Assembly: GCA_965221735.1 (NCBI GenBank)
Contig: OZ244910.1
Span: 1,753,760-1,817,759 of the forward strand
Length of the DNA: 64,000 nt
DNA from: Tepidiformaceae bacterium
GTDB lineage: Bacteria > Chloroflexota > Dehalococcoidia > Tepidiformales > Tepidiformaceae
Direction of reading: 5' to 3'
The notes under the pieces are model-generated. The model made no database searches, had not been told where the DNA came from, and worked only from the letters and a program-made list of their open reading frames with translations. Shown one piece after another: positions 38,813-47,665 of this stretch; positions within the stretch are counted from its first letter, which is position 1, and every line of letters begins with the position of its first letter. The translations under genes and the position numbers were made by a program.

Positions 38813-39106
38813 GTGGCAGGAGTGCTCTTTTCGGTACGGCTGGTTTCGAGGCAGCCCGCGGACCTCGATGCGGAGGCCTGGCAGGGTGTCGTCGCCCAGC
38901 AGCTGGCGGCGACGAAAGCGCTCCGGGACGAGGGCAAGATCAAGGCCATCTACCGGGAGACTGGCATCGGCGTGCTGGCCATCTTCGACGTGGCGGATGC
39001 GGCGGAGATGGACCAGATCCTGGCCGGACTGCCGATGGGCCGCTACTTCAGCAGCGTCTCGGCGAACGCCATCTGGGACATGGGTCCCGCCCTTGAGAAT
39101 GCGTAA
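38813..39106 (+). CDS. Muconolactone delta-isomerase-like small protein
   Basis: 97 aa. ...ALRDEGKIKAIYRETGIGVLAIFDVADAAEMDQILAGLPM... resembles the MIase family pattern. Confidence 0.45.
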   Translation: MAGVLFSVRLVSRQPADLDAEAWQGVVAQQLAATKALRDEGKIKAIYRETGIGVLAIFDVADAAEMDQILAGLPMGRYFSSVSANAIWDMGPALENA

Positions 39107-39111
39107 CGCCG

Positions 39112-39597
39112 ATGTCGCCAGTTGATGCGGATACCTTCAAAGACGCACTCGCTTCCTGGGCCTCGGGCGTCACGGTCCTGACGACCGAGCACGAGGGGCA
39201 GGTCTACGGGATCACGGCCTCCAGCTTCTCGACGCTCTCGATGGACCCGCTGCTGGTGCTGGTGTGCATCCAGAACGGGAACCACCTGGAGCGGATGGTG
39301 CCGGCCTCGGGGAAGTTCGCGGTGAGCGTGCTGGCGACGGGCCAGGACGACGTTTCCAACCACTTCGCCATCTCGGGGCGCGACCCGGGACCGGACCTGG
39401 ACGGCTTCGAGACGTTCACCGACCAGACCGGCTGCCCGATCGTGTCCGGCGCCATTGCCCACCTCGACTGCGAGCTCGAAGCAGTGGTGCCCGGCGGGGA
39501 CCACGTGATCGCGCTGGGGCGCGTGGTCGGGGCCGCCTCCGACGCCGACAAGGAGCCGCTGATGTACTTCCGGCGCGGCTACCACGGGCTCGACTGA
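39112..39597 (+). CDS. Flavin reductase (FMN-binding split-barrel) domain protein
   Basis: FKDALASWASGVTVLTT...GITASSFSTLSMDPLLVLVCI. Confidence 0.8.
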   Translation: MSPVDADTFKDALASWASGVTVLTTEHEGQVYGITASSFSTLSMDPLLVLVCIQNGNHLERMVPASGKFAVSVLATGQDDVSNHFAISGRDPGPDLDGFETFTDQTGCPIVSGAIAHLDCELEAVVPGGDHVIALGRVVGAASDADKEPLMYFRRGYHGLD

Positions 39598-39625
39598 GGC
39601 CGGCGATCCGGGCGTTCGTGATACT

Positions 39626-39654
39626 TTGCACAGGCGCGGGCAGGCGCGTACGAT
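39626..39654 (+). promoter_or_regulatory. Sigma-70-like promoter (TTGCAC, 17 nt, TACGAT)
   Basis: Read directly, 22 nt upstream of the GTG at 39677. It has the same -10 hexamer as the recA promoter. Confidence 0.45.
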
Positions 39655-39676
39655 CCGCTTCCGGGGAGGGTAGGTC

Positions 39677-40348
39677 GTGTCGGTAGCGCTGGCGCTGGTC
39701 GGAGTCTCGGTCCTCGGGACGTGGGGGATCGCGACGATCGCCCTCATCGTGAGCGGGATCATCCTCATCGTTGCTCCGGGCGACGCCGAGACCGTATCGA
39801 GCGGCCTGGCGGTCGGCATCTTTCTGCTGATTGCGGGCCTGATCTCGGGCGGCTTGATGCAGATCGTGGCGATGCCGCTGATGGGCATCGATCCGCCGCT
39901 TCCCATCAAGGCGAGCAGCATCGTCCCGCACGACCGCATGAAGGAATGGGCGAACGCCGGTTCCCTCCGCAGCTTCCCCGACGGGATCGCCACGGAGGTG
40001 CGGTTGCGCAGCCTGCGCGTGGCGATCGTACGGCAGGGCGAAGAGGTAAGCGCGATGACGGCGCTGTGTCCCCATGCCCGGCTTCCGCTGGGCAGCTTCC
40101 CGGGCGCGCCGATCAAGGCGGAGCCGGTTCGCGACGGCTGCGTGATGTGCCCGTTCCACGGGGCGCGCTTCGACGTCTCGAACGGGAGCGTGGTTCGCCA
40201 GCCGTTCGCCAGCGAGTTCAACTCGAACCACCCGTTCCTCGGAGCATTCCAGTCGAAGCTGTTCTTCTGGAACAAGGGCGCCGAGGACATCCAGACCTAC
40301 CCCGTCCGCATCGAGAACGACGAGGTCCTGGTCGGGCTGCCCCGCTAG
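39677..40348 (+). CDS. Membrane-anchored Rieske [2Fe-2S] domain protein
   Basis: N-terminal hydrophobic helices, then CPHARLP...CPFHGARF (CxH...CxxH). Confidence 0.75.
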   Translation: MSVALALVGVSVLGTWGIATIALIVSGIILIVAPGDAETVSSGLAVGIFLLIAGLISGGLMQIVAMPLMGIDPPLPIKASSIVPHDRMKEWANAGSLRSFPDGIATEVRLRSLRVAIVRQGEEVSAMTALCPHARLPLGSFPGAPIKAEPVRDGCVMCPFHGARFDVSNGSVVRQPFASEFNSNHPFLGAFQSKLFFWNKGAEDIQTYPVRIENDEVLVGLPR

Positions 40349-40384
40349 CCCGGCCTTTCCGGCTCCGCGCCCCCACGGAGCAGC

Positions 40385-40861
40385 GTGCTATTCTCCCGCC
40401 GAGGAGCGACCGTGGCTGACGTAACCGAGAGCAAGATCACCGACGAACACCGCGCCATGATCGGGCAGCGGAGCGACCCCATCGAGGTCGTTCCGCACAC
40501 CGAAGACGCGCAGCGCATGCGCGACCTGCTGGGCGACACGGACCCGCGCTGGGCGGACGGGACGGGCATTGCGCCGCCGTACATCCTCGCGATGCTGGAG
40601 CCGCGGCTGCCAGCGGAGCTTTCGCCGCAGGTGCTGTCGAGCGGCATCCTGACGCAGACGGAGTGGAAGTTCAGCCAGCCGATCAAGCTGGAGGAGCCGC
40701 TGCAGGCGGTGACGCAGCTGATCGACGTGCGCGACCGGCTCGGGGGGCGCTACGGCTACAGCGTGCTCGTGATGTTCCAGACCTCGTACCTGAACGGAGA
40801 CGGCGAGGAGGCGGCCGCCTCGCTGCGCACGATCACGCAGTTCGACCGGCCGGAGTCCTAG
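40385..40861 (+). CDS. Hotdog-fold protein, N-terminal-type MaoC/FAS1-like dehydratase subunit
   Basis: 158 aa. ITDEHRAMIGQRSDPIEVV...LLGDTDPRW. Confidence 0.6.
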   Translation: MLFSRRGATVADVTESKITDEHRAMIGQRSDPIEVVPHTEDAQRMRDLLGDTDPRWADGTGIAPPYILAMLEPRLPAELSPQVLSSGILTQTEWKFSQPIKLEEPLQAVTQLIDVRDRLGGRYGYSVLVMFQTSYLNGDGEEAAASLRTITQFDRPES

Positions 40862-40863
40862 CC

Positions 40864-41289
40864 ATGAGCCAGCGTTACTTCGAGGACATCGCCACGGACG
40901 ACGAGCTGGAGCCGCGCGAGCAGCTCCCGACGGAAGACAAGGCAGTCGAGTTCTTCGGGCGCGACAACCCCACCAACCCCGCGTTCGGCGACGCCGAGGC
41001 GGGGCGGCGCATGGGGTTCAGCGGCGCGCTCGTGCCGGGCCTGCTCAAGCTCTCCTGGATCACGAACTACGTCGGCATGTGGGCGGGTTCGGAGGCGAAC
41101 CTGCGCAGCGTGCGCGTGGCATTCCGGCGCCCCGACATCGCGGGCAAGCCGCTGACGCTCGCGGGCCGCGTGGTCGACACGCGCCAGGAGGACGGCGTCA
41201 ACATCGTCGAGCTCGAGGTGGTGACGCTGGCGGACGACCAGCCCACCGTGCGCGGGAACGTGCAGGTCGAAATCCCCTCGCGACCGTAG
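40864..41289 (+). CDS. MaoC-like hotdog-fold protein (second subunit of a split pair)
   Basis: 141 aa, starting 2 nt after the previous stop. FFGRDNPTNPAFGDAEAGRRMGFSGALVPGLL... Confidence 0.6.
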   Translation: MSQRYFEDIATDDELEPREQLPTEDKAVEFFGRDNPTNPAFGDAEAGRRMGFSGALVPGLLKLSWITNYVGMWAGSEANLRSVRVAFRRPDIAGKPLTLAGRVVDTRQEDGVNIVELEVVTLADDQPTVRGNVQVEIPSRP

Positions 41290-41299
41290 GCGCGCCGGC

Positions 41300-42484
41300 A
41301 TGCCCCTCCCGCTGGAAGGCATCCGCGTGCTGGAGGTGGGCACGTTCGTCTCCGCACCCTACTGCGGGCGGCTGTTCGCGGGCTACGGGGCGGAGGTCAT
41401 CAAGGTGGAGCCGCCGGGGGGCGACATCGCCCGGGCGCACGGTCCCTTCAAGGACGGCGAACCGAACCCCGAGACGAGCGCGCTCTTCCTCTACCTGAAC
41501 ACGAGCAAGCGGTCGGTCGAGCTGGACCTAGGCTCGCAGGCAGGGCGCGACGCCTTCCTGCGGCTGGCGGCCGACGCCGACGTCATCATCGAGAACTACC
41601 GGCCGGGCGACGCCCGCGCCCTCGGGCTCGACTACGAGCGCCTGCGGGCGGTGAACCCACGGCTGGTGCTGGTCTCGATCACGGCGTACGGGCAGGAGGG
41701 TCCGTACGCGGAGTACCGCTCGAACAACCTGATCGCGTTCGCGATGGGCGGCCAGATGTTCCTGACGGGCGACCCGGACAAGCCGCCGGTCAAGAACGGC
41801 GGCTACCAGGCCGACTACCAGGGCGGGCTGAACGCCTTCTCGGCGGCGAACCTGGCCCTGCTGGCGGCGGAGCGTGACGGCGAGGGGCAGCACGTCGACA
41901 TCAGCGTGCAGCACTGCATGGCGCCGATCCTGGAAGCGGGCGTCCCCTTCTACTCGTACAACGGGCTCTGGCTGGGGCAGCGGCGGGGAAACCTGATGTC
42001 GAGCTTCATGGGGGTCTACCCGTGCCTCGACGGGCAGGTGGGGGTCCATGTGATGGCGCGCAACTGGCCGCCCTTCGCGGAGGCGACGGGCCACCCGGAG
42101 TGGCTCGATGACGAGCGCTTCGCGACGGCGGAGTCGCGGCGGGAACACGACGACGTGCTGATGGCGGAGGTGATCGCATGGGCGGCAGGTGTCACGAAGA
42201 AAGAGGCGTACGCTCTCGGCGGGGAGTTCCGCGCGCCGATCACCTTCATCCACACGATGGAGGACCTGCTGGAGAGCCCTCAGCTTGAGGCGCGCGGCTT
42301 CCTGCGGCGGATCGAGCACCCGGTCGCGGGGGAGGCGTCGTACCCGGGACCACCGTGGTGGATGGGTCCGGACGCGTGGCGGGACGGCCCCGCGCCCCTG
42401 CTCGGGGCGGACACGGAGGCGGTGCTGTCGGAGGCGGGGCTGTCCGGGGCGGAGATTGCGGCAGTAGCGGGAGCTCCGGCATGA
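41300..42484 (+). CDS. Family-III CoA-transferase
   Basis: LEGIRVLEVGTFVSAPYCGRLFAGYGAEVIKVEPPGGD. Confidence 0.88.
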   Translation: MPLPLEGIRVLEVGTFVSAPYCGRLFAGYGAEVIKVEPPGGDIARAHGPFKDGEPNPETSALFLYLNTSKRSVELDLGSQAGRDAFLRLAADADVIIENYRPGDARALGLDYERLRAVNPRLVLVSITAYGQEGPYAEYRSNNLIAFAMGGQMFLTGDPDKPPVKNGGYQADYQGGLNAFSAANLALLAAERDGEGQHVDISVQHCMAPILEAGVPFYSYNGLWLGQRRGNLMSSFMGVYPCLDGQVGVHVMARNWPPFAEATGHPEWLDDERFATAESRREHDDVLMAEVIAWAAGVTKKEAYALGGEFRAPITFIHTMEDLLESPQLEARGFLRRIEHPVAGEASYPGPPWWMGPDAWRDGPAPLLGADTEAVLSEAGLSGAEIAAVAGAPA

Positions 42485-42948
42485 GCGAACTGGCCCGGGC
42501 CGTGTCCTTCTTCGAGCAGTGCGACGACCCGGTGCTGCTGCACGAGCTGCTGGCGGTCGTGGCGCGGCGGACGAAGCGGTTCGTGGCGCAGGCGATGGCG
42601 CAGGGCGGGGAGGACGCCATCCCCGCGCCGACGGAGGAGCCCGCCCCGGCCTCGCCCGCCCGCGAGCGGGACGCTCGCCGGCTGGTGGAACGCACGAAGG
42701 ACTTCGCGGAGCTGCAGGCGCTCGCCCGCGCGATCGGCAGGCGCACGGAGACGCTGGAGATCGCGGCATCGGCGGAGTTCCCGGCGGGGGCGCGGATCAT
42801 GGTGCCGAAGCGCGTCGCCTTCCCGCCGCCGGACGACTGGGTGGCGGGCACGGTCGAGACGACGGGCACGATGCTTCGCGTCGAGCTCGACAGCGGGAAG
42901 CGCTGGGAAGGACCGCCCAGCCTCGCGCGGCCGGCGGGGTCGGCATGA
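42481..42948 (+). CDS. Hypothetical protein coupled between two CoA-transferase genes
   Basis: 155 aa with ATGA overlaps at both ends. No family recognised. Confidence 0.5.
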   Translation: MSELARAVSFFEQCDDPVLLHELLAVVARRTKRFVAQAMAQGGEDAIPAPTEEPAPASPARERDARRLVERTKDFAELQALARAIGRRTETLEIAASAEFPAGARIMVPKRVAFPPPDDWVAGTVETTGTMLRVELDSGKRWEGPPSLARPAGSA

Positions 42949-44186
42949 CGGCGCCGCTCGCGGGCATCCGCGTGGTCGACCTGACGATGGTGTGGGCGGG
43001 GCCCTTCGGCACGCGCCTGCTGGGGGACTACGGCGCCGAGGTCATCAAGGTCGAGGGACCGGGGCAGTGGGACCTGCTGCGCGGGCTGGGCGGCATCCCG
43101 CGCACGGTCGACCGCTGGTACAACCGCGCGGCCTACTTCAACCACAACAACCGGAACAAGTACTCGGCGGCGATCGACCTGCGCCAGGAGGCGGGGCGTG
43201 ACCTGCTGCTGCAACTGCTGGCGAAGAGCGATGTGCTGGTCGAGAACTACCGCGCGAACGTGATGGACAACCTCGGGCTGAGCTTCGAGGAGGTGCGGAC
43301 GGTGAACCCGCGCATCGTGTACGTGTCTATGCCGGGTCACGGCAAGACCGGCCCCGAGGCGCACTACGTGACCTACGGCACGAACGTCGAGCAGCTGGCG
43401 GGGCTCGTCTCCGTTTCCGGATACGAGGGCGGGGAGCCGCTGAAGACCGGCTTCAGCTACGGCGATCCGACGGCGGGGCTGGCGGTGCCGGCGGCGGTCG
43501 CGCTGGGGCTTCGCCAGCGCAACCGCACCGGCGAGGGCGTCCACATCGACCTCGCGCAGCGCGAGAACCTGACGGGATTCGTGGGTGAGTACCTGGTCGA
43601 CTACAGCATGAACCGTGAGCTGCGGGGGCCGGCGGGCAACACGCATCCGCATTACGCGCCGCACGGCGTCTACCCGAGCGGCGGCGAGGACCGCTGGCTC
43701 ACCATCGCCTGCGAAAACGACGAGCAGTTCGCGGGGCTCTGCCGGGCCATGCAGCGGGAAGAACTGGCGGAGGACGAGCGTTTCGCCACGATGGCGGCGC
43801 GGAAGGCGAACGAGCGGGAGCTGGACGCACTCATCGGGGAGTGGACGGCGAGGTGGGGTCACTACGAGGCGATGCACATCCTGCAGCGTCACGGGGCGCC
43901 GGCGGGGGCGGTGCTGACCATCCCCGAGGTAATGAGCGACCCGCAGCTGCGGGCGCGGGGGGCATGGTCGGAGCAGGTCCACCCGGATGCGGGCGCGTGG
44001 GAGGTGGAGACGCCACCCTGGAACCTGACGCGCACCCCCGGTCACGCACGCATCCCGGCGCCCGGGTTCGCCGAGCACAACGGCTACGTGTTCCGCGACC
44101 TGCTGGGGCTCGACGAGGAGACGATCGCGCGGCTCTACGCCGACGGGGTCACCGCCGACGAGCCGAACGTGCAGTCACACACCTAG
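42945..44186 (+). CDS. Family-III CoA-transferase
   Basis: LAGIRVVDLTMVWAGPFGTRLLGDYGAEVIKVEGPG. Confidence 0.88.
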   Translation: MTAPLAGIRVVDLTMVWAGPFGTRLLGDYGAEVIKVEGPGQWDLLRGLGGIPRTVDRWYNRAAYFNHNNRNKYSAAIDLRQEAGRDLLLQLLAKSDVLVENYRANVMDNLGLSFEEVRTVNPRIVYVSMPGHGKTGPEAHYVTYGTNVEQLAGLVSVSGYEGGEPLKTGFSYGDPTAGLAVPAAVALGLRQRNRTGEGVHIDLAQRENLTGFVGEYLVDYSMNRELRGPAGNTHPHYAPHGVYPSGGEDRWLTIACENDEQFAGLCRAMQREELAEDERFATMAARKANERELDALIGEWTARWGHYEAMHILQRHGAPAGAVLTIPEVMSDPQLRARGAWSEQVHPDAGAWEVETPPWNLTRTPGHARIPAPGFAEHNGYVFRDLLGLDEETIARLYADGVTADEPNVQSHT

Positions 44187-44608
44187 ACCGGCTCCACAAG
44201 CTCCAGGCGACCGGCGTAGCGGCGGAAGTCAGCGCCGTTGAAGGTGAGTAGGCGGCGTTCGCCGGCAGCGAGCATGGTCGCGACGATGTTGGCATCGTGG
44301 ACTTGCTTCCCCGCAACGGGCACTTCGCGGCAGAGGCCGACGAGCATGTCCGTGACGTGCGGTCCGTCTTCAAGGATCTCGAAGTCATCGCTGAATCGGG
44401 CAATGTCGTCAAGCGCTTCGTGCAGGGGAAGTGGCGGGCTCCATGCCTGCGGCCGGGTCACAGTGGCGAGGTACTCTCGCAGTATCTGGCGACTGATTGT
44501 CAGGCGCTCTCGTGACAATACCGCTTCGTCAAGCAGGGCCCGGGCCCGGTTGTGGGCAGGGGCGGCGGGCGCAAGCGCATACACGAGGACGTTCGTATCG
44601 ATGAACAT
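44183..44608 (-). CDS. vapC: PIN-domain toxin (VapC family)
   Basis: MFIDTNVLVYAL..., ISRQILREY, HDANIVATM, LTFNGADF. Confidence 0.85.
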   Translation of the reverse strand: MFIDTNVLVYALAPAAPAHNRARALLDEAVLSRERLTISRQILREYLATVTRPQAWSPPLPLHEALDDIARFSDDFEILEDGPHVTDMLVGLCREVPVAGKQVHDANIVATMLAAGERRLLTFNGADFRRYAGRLELVEPV

Positions 44609-44613
44609 GCCGC

Positions 44614-45027
44614 CTAGGCACGGTCCTCGTAGATTTGCTCGCGACTGACCGTGAAGCCCTCCGGCCAGGGGCCGAGGTCCCGGACGGGAATGAGCTCGTC
44701 GAGATTGATGGGAATCTGCGGTGCCCGCTCCCGCTCGGGGTCAAGCTCGAAGACGAGGGTTTCGGTGTCGAGGTTGACGGAGCGGGTTTTCCAACCGGCA
44801 AGCTGCCAGGCGAGGGCATGGCTGTGGCCGTTCCCTGTCTTCGGATTGGCCCACCAGGTGCGGTGACAGCGGGCGGACTTCGGCAGCTTGTAGCGCAGGA
44901 TCTCCTCGATGCGGCCGAACGACGTTCGCCACTCCGGCCCGGCCTGCCGCGTCAGGTAGCGGTAGAGGGGCGCGTACTTGCCGCGCTCGACGATCTCGCG
45001 CTCTCGACTGTCCCGGACGGCTTTCAT
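44614..45027 (-). CDS. Putative cognate antitoxin of atypical architecture
   Basis: 137 aa, 5 nt upstream of vapC. The N-terminal ~85 aa (KYAPLYRYLT...SFGRIEEILRYKLPKSARCHRTWWAN...ALAWQLAGW) matches a widespread uncharacterised small domain as I remember it. C-terminal tail PVRDLGPWPEGFTVSREQIYEDR. Confidence 0.5.
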   Translation of the reverse strand: MKAVRDSREREIVERGKYAPLYRYLTRQAGPEWRTSFGRIEEILRYKLPKSARCHRTWWANPKTGNGHSHALAWQLAGWKTRSVNLDTETLVFELDPERERAPQIPINLDELIPVRDLGPWPEGFTVSREQIYEDRA

Positions 45028-45031
45028 GCAT

Positions 45032-45049
45032 CCAGTATGGCGTTACTGG
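45032..45049. promoter_or_regulatory. Inverted repeat CCAGTA-N6-TACTGG overlapping the antitoxin promoter (candidate operator)
   Basis: On the minus strand: TTGTTG, 17 nt, CATACT, 6 nt, ATG. The palindrome spans the -10 hexamer. Confidence 0.4.
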
Positions 45050-45081
45050 TACACGGCAACAAGTCGCCGGGAGGCGCAGGC

Positions 45082-46014
45082 CTAGTTTTCTGGGTCCTCG
45101 GCCTCTTCGGCGCCGTCGCTCTCTTCGGACTCTCCGTCACCCTCGCCGTCTTCGCCGGCTTCTTCTTCGGGCTCGGGCTCGGGGGTGGGCGCGTCGGGGT
45201 TGGGGGCGCGGGTGATGGTGACCGACTCCATGACGTCGCCCTGGACGATGGCGTTGACGACATCCATCCCCTCGATGACGCGGCCGAAGGGGTAGAAGCT
45301 GTCGCGGTTTCCCGCATCGAAGTCGAGGGCGGGGTTGTCCTTCAGGTTGATGAAGAACTGGCTGCCGAAGTAGGGCTGTCCGGCGCCCTTCGCCATCGCG
45401 ACCGTGCCGGTCTCGTTGCGAACTTCGTTGGGCTCGTCGCCGGTGATGTAGCCGGGACTGCCGCGGCCGGTTCCGGTGGGGTCGCCGCCCTGGACGACGA
45501 AGTTCTCGACGACACGGTGGAAGACGAGGCCATCAAAGAAGCGGTTCTCGGCGAGGAAGACGAAGCTGTTGACGGTGTTCGGCGCGATGTCGGCGAACAG
45601 CTCGATGACGATGTCGCCCTTCGCCGTTGAGATGGTGGCGGTGTAGAGCTCGCCCTCGGGGTCGATGACGAATTCGGCGAACTCGTAGTTGCGCACGATG
45701 ACCTCGGCGGGGTCCTCGGCCTCGGTCGGCTCGGCGGCAACGGTCTCTTCCGCGGCGGGGGGAGTGGGCAGGTCGTCGATGTCGGCCTCGCCGCCCGTGT
45801 TGGGCAAGAACGCCGCGAGCGAGATGCCGGCGACCATGAGCACGACGCCAACCGCGGCGAACGTCGCGAGCGCCGCTCGGCCCGTGAACAGGTTCATGGG
45901 GAAGCCCGGCTTGTAGGACTGGCCCTGGCCGCCGCTGACGTAGCGCCGCTGACGGCGTTGACGCTGGCCCCGGTGCTGCTGGCTGCGTTGCTGGCGGCGT
46001 CGGTTAGGGGGCAA
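45082..46014 (-). CDS. Cyclophilin-type peptidyl-prolyl isomerase, membrane-anchored, acidic C-terminal tail
   Basis: FHRVVENFVVQGGDPTGTGRGSPGY. TM helix ALATFAAVGVVLMVAGISLAAF. The start may be the internal ATG (MNLFTG...). Confidence 0.88.
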   Translation of the reverse strand: MPPNRRRQQRSQQHRGQRQRRQRRYVSGGQGQSYKPGFPMNLFTGRAALATFAAVGVVLMVAGISLAAFLPNTGGEADIDDLPTPPAAEETVAAEPTEAEDPAEVIVRNYEFAEFVIDPEGELYTATISTAKGDIVIELFADIAPNTVNSFVFLAENRFFDGLVFHRVVENFVVQGGDPTGTGRGSPGYITGDEPNEVRNETGTVAMAKGAGQPYFGSQFFINLKDNPALDFDAGNRDSFYPFGRVIEGMDVVNAIVQGDVMESVTITRAPNPDAPTPEPEPEEEAGEDGEGDGESEESDGAEEAEDPEN

Positions 46015-46102
46015 GGCGGCCCTCGGTGTGCGGTCGTGTTGCTCGCGTCATGGCTGCGGCTGCGAGTATACGAAGGCGGGGGCTAGGCGAAACTTGCCCG
46101 CC

Positions 46103-47641
46103 TCAGGCGCCGGTGTGGCCGAGCTTCGCGAGCTCCTCGCGGGTAACCTCGCGGTCGTCCCAGGGGATGGATTCGCCGCCGAGCTCGATGGAGCGCTCGT
46201 GGCCCTTCCCGCAGATGACGATGCTGTCGCCGGGTTGGGCGCGGGCGAGGGCGGCGGCGATGGCCTCGCGCCGGTCCTCGACCTCAATGAAGTCACTGCC
46301 GCGGACGCGCCCGGCCTCCTCGGCGTGACGGCCGATCTCACGGACGATGGTCGCGGGGTCCTCGCCGCGCGGATCCTCGTTCGTGAACACGGCGAAGTCG
46401 GCGCCCTCGGCGGCGGCGCGCCCGACGCCGAAGCGGCGGCCGGGATCGCGCTCGCCCGCAGCGCCGGCCACGATGATGAGGTCGCGGTCGGCGAGCTCGC
46501 GCAGGACGGAGAGCACCTTGCGAACGGAGTCGCCCGTGTGGGCGTAGTCGACGACGACGCTGAAGGGCTGGCCCATGTCGATGCGCTCCATGCGGCCGGG
46601 CACGCCGTGGCAGGCGGCGATGCCGCGGCCTATGGCCTCGGGCTCGATGCCCAGGGCGAGGGCCGCTCCCGCGGCCGCGAGGGCGTTGGCAACGTTGAAG
46701 AGGGCGGGCATGCGGATCTCCGTGCCCACCTCCGCGCCGGGGAGGACGAGGCGGAAACGGCTGCCGTCGGCGTGCAGCTCGATGTGGCGGGCGGTGACAT
46801 CGACGCCGGGAGTCTCGAGGCCGTAGCGGATGGCGCGCTGCGAGGTGAGGCCGAGCAGGAAGCTGGTGGAGGGGTCGTCGGCGTTGGCGACGGCGGCGCG
46901 GCCGGGGGCGGCGGGGGGGTGGTCGAGGGCGGCGAAGAGCTGACCCTTCGCCTCGCGGTAGGCCTCGAAGCTCTCGTGGAAGTCGAGGTGGTCGCCGGTG
47001 AGGTTCGTGAGGACGGCGATGTCGAAGGCGACTTCGTCGAGGCGGTGGAGGGCGAGGCCGTGGCTGGTGGCCTCGACGATGGCGTACTCGCAGCCTGCCT
47101 CGACCATCTCGCGGAGGAGGCGCTGCACCTCGGGCGCTTCGGGGGTGGTCATGCGGTGGGTGTGGCTCTCGATGTCGGCGCCGGGCACGTAGGCGTCGAC
47201 GGTGCCGAGACGGCCGACGCGGGCGCCGGCGGCTTCGAGGATGGAGGTCAGGAGGTAGGCGGTGGTCGTCTTGCCGTCGGTGCCCGTGATACCGATGACG
47301 GTGAGCTCGCGGCCGGGGTGGCCGTGGAGGGCGGCGGCGGCCTGCGCGAGCGCCGCGCGGGTGTCCTCGACGGCGACGATGGGCTGGGCGCCGGGGAGGT
47401 GGCGCCAGGTGCCCCGGCGACCCCGCTCGACGACGACGGCAGCGGCGCCAGCATCGAGGGCATCGGTGAGGAAGGCGTGACCATCGACGGTGAAGCCCGG
47501 GACGGCGACGAAGAGGGCGCCGGTCTCGACGCGGCGGGAGTCGTGCTCAACGTGCTCGATGACGACGTCACCGTCGCCACGCACAAGCTCGGCGCCGGGA
47601 ATCTCCTCGATGAGGGAAGCAAGCACACGAGCTTCACTCAT
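46103..47641 (-). CDS. murE: UDP-N-acetylmuramoyl-tripeptide synthetase MurE
   Basis: GITGTDGKTTTAYLL, DYAHTGDS, and the C-terminal Mur ligase domain. Confidence 0.9.
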   Translation of the reverse strand: MSEARVLASLIEEIPGAELVRGDGDVVIEHVEHDSRRVETGALFVAVPGFTVDGHAFLTDALDAGAAAVVVERGRRGTWRHLPGAQPIVAVEDTRAALAQAAAALHGHPGRELTVIGITGTDGKTTTAYLLTSILEAAGARVGRLGTVDAYVPGADIESHTHRMTTPEAPEVQRLLREMVEAGCEYAIVEATSHGLALHRLDEVAFDIAVLTNLTGDHLDFHESFEAYREAKGQLFAALDHPPAAPGRAAVANADDPSTSFLLGLTSQRAIRYGLETPGVDVTARHIELHADGSRFRLVLPGAEVGTEIRMPALFNVANALAAAGAALALGIEPEAIGRGIAACHGVPGRMERIDMGQPFSVVVDYAHTGDSVRKVLSVLRELADRDLIIVAGAAGERDPGRRFGVGRAAAEGADFAVFTNEDPRGEDPATIVREIGRHAEEAGRVRGSDFIEVEDRREAIAAALARAQPGDSIVICGKGHERSIELGGESIPWDDREVTREELAKLGHTGA

Positions 47642-47665
47642 AGGTCGCGTCCGGCGCCGAGCGAG

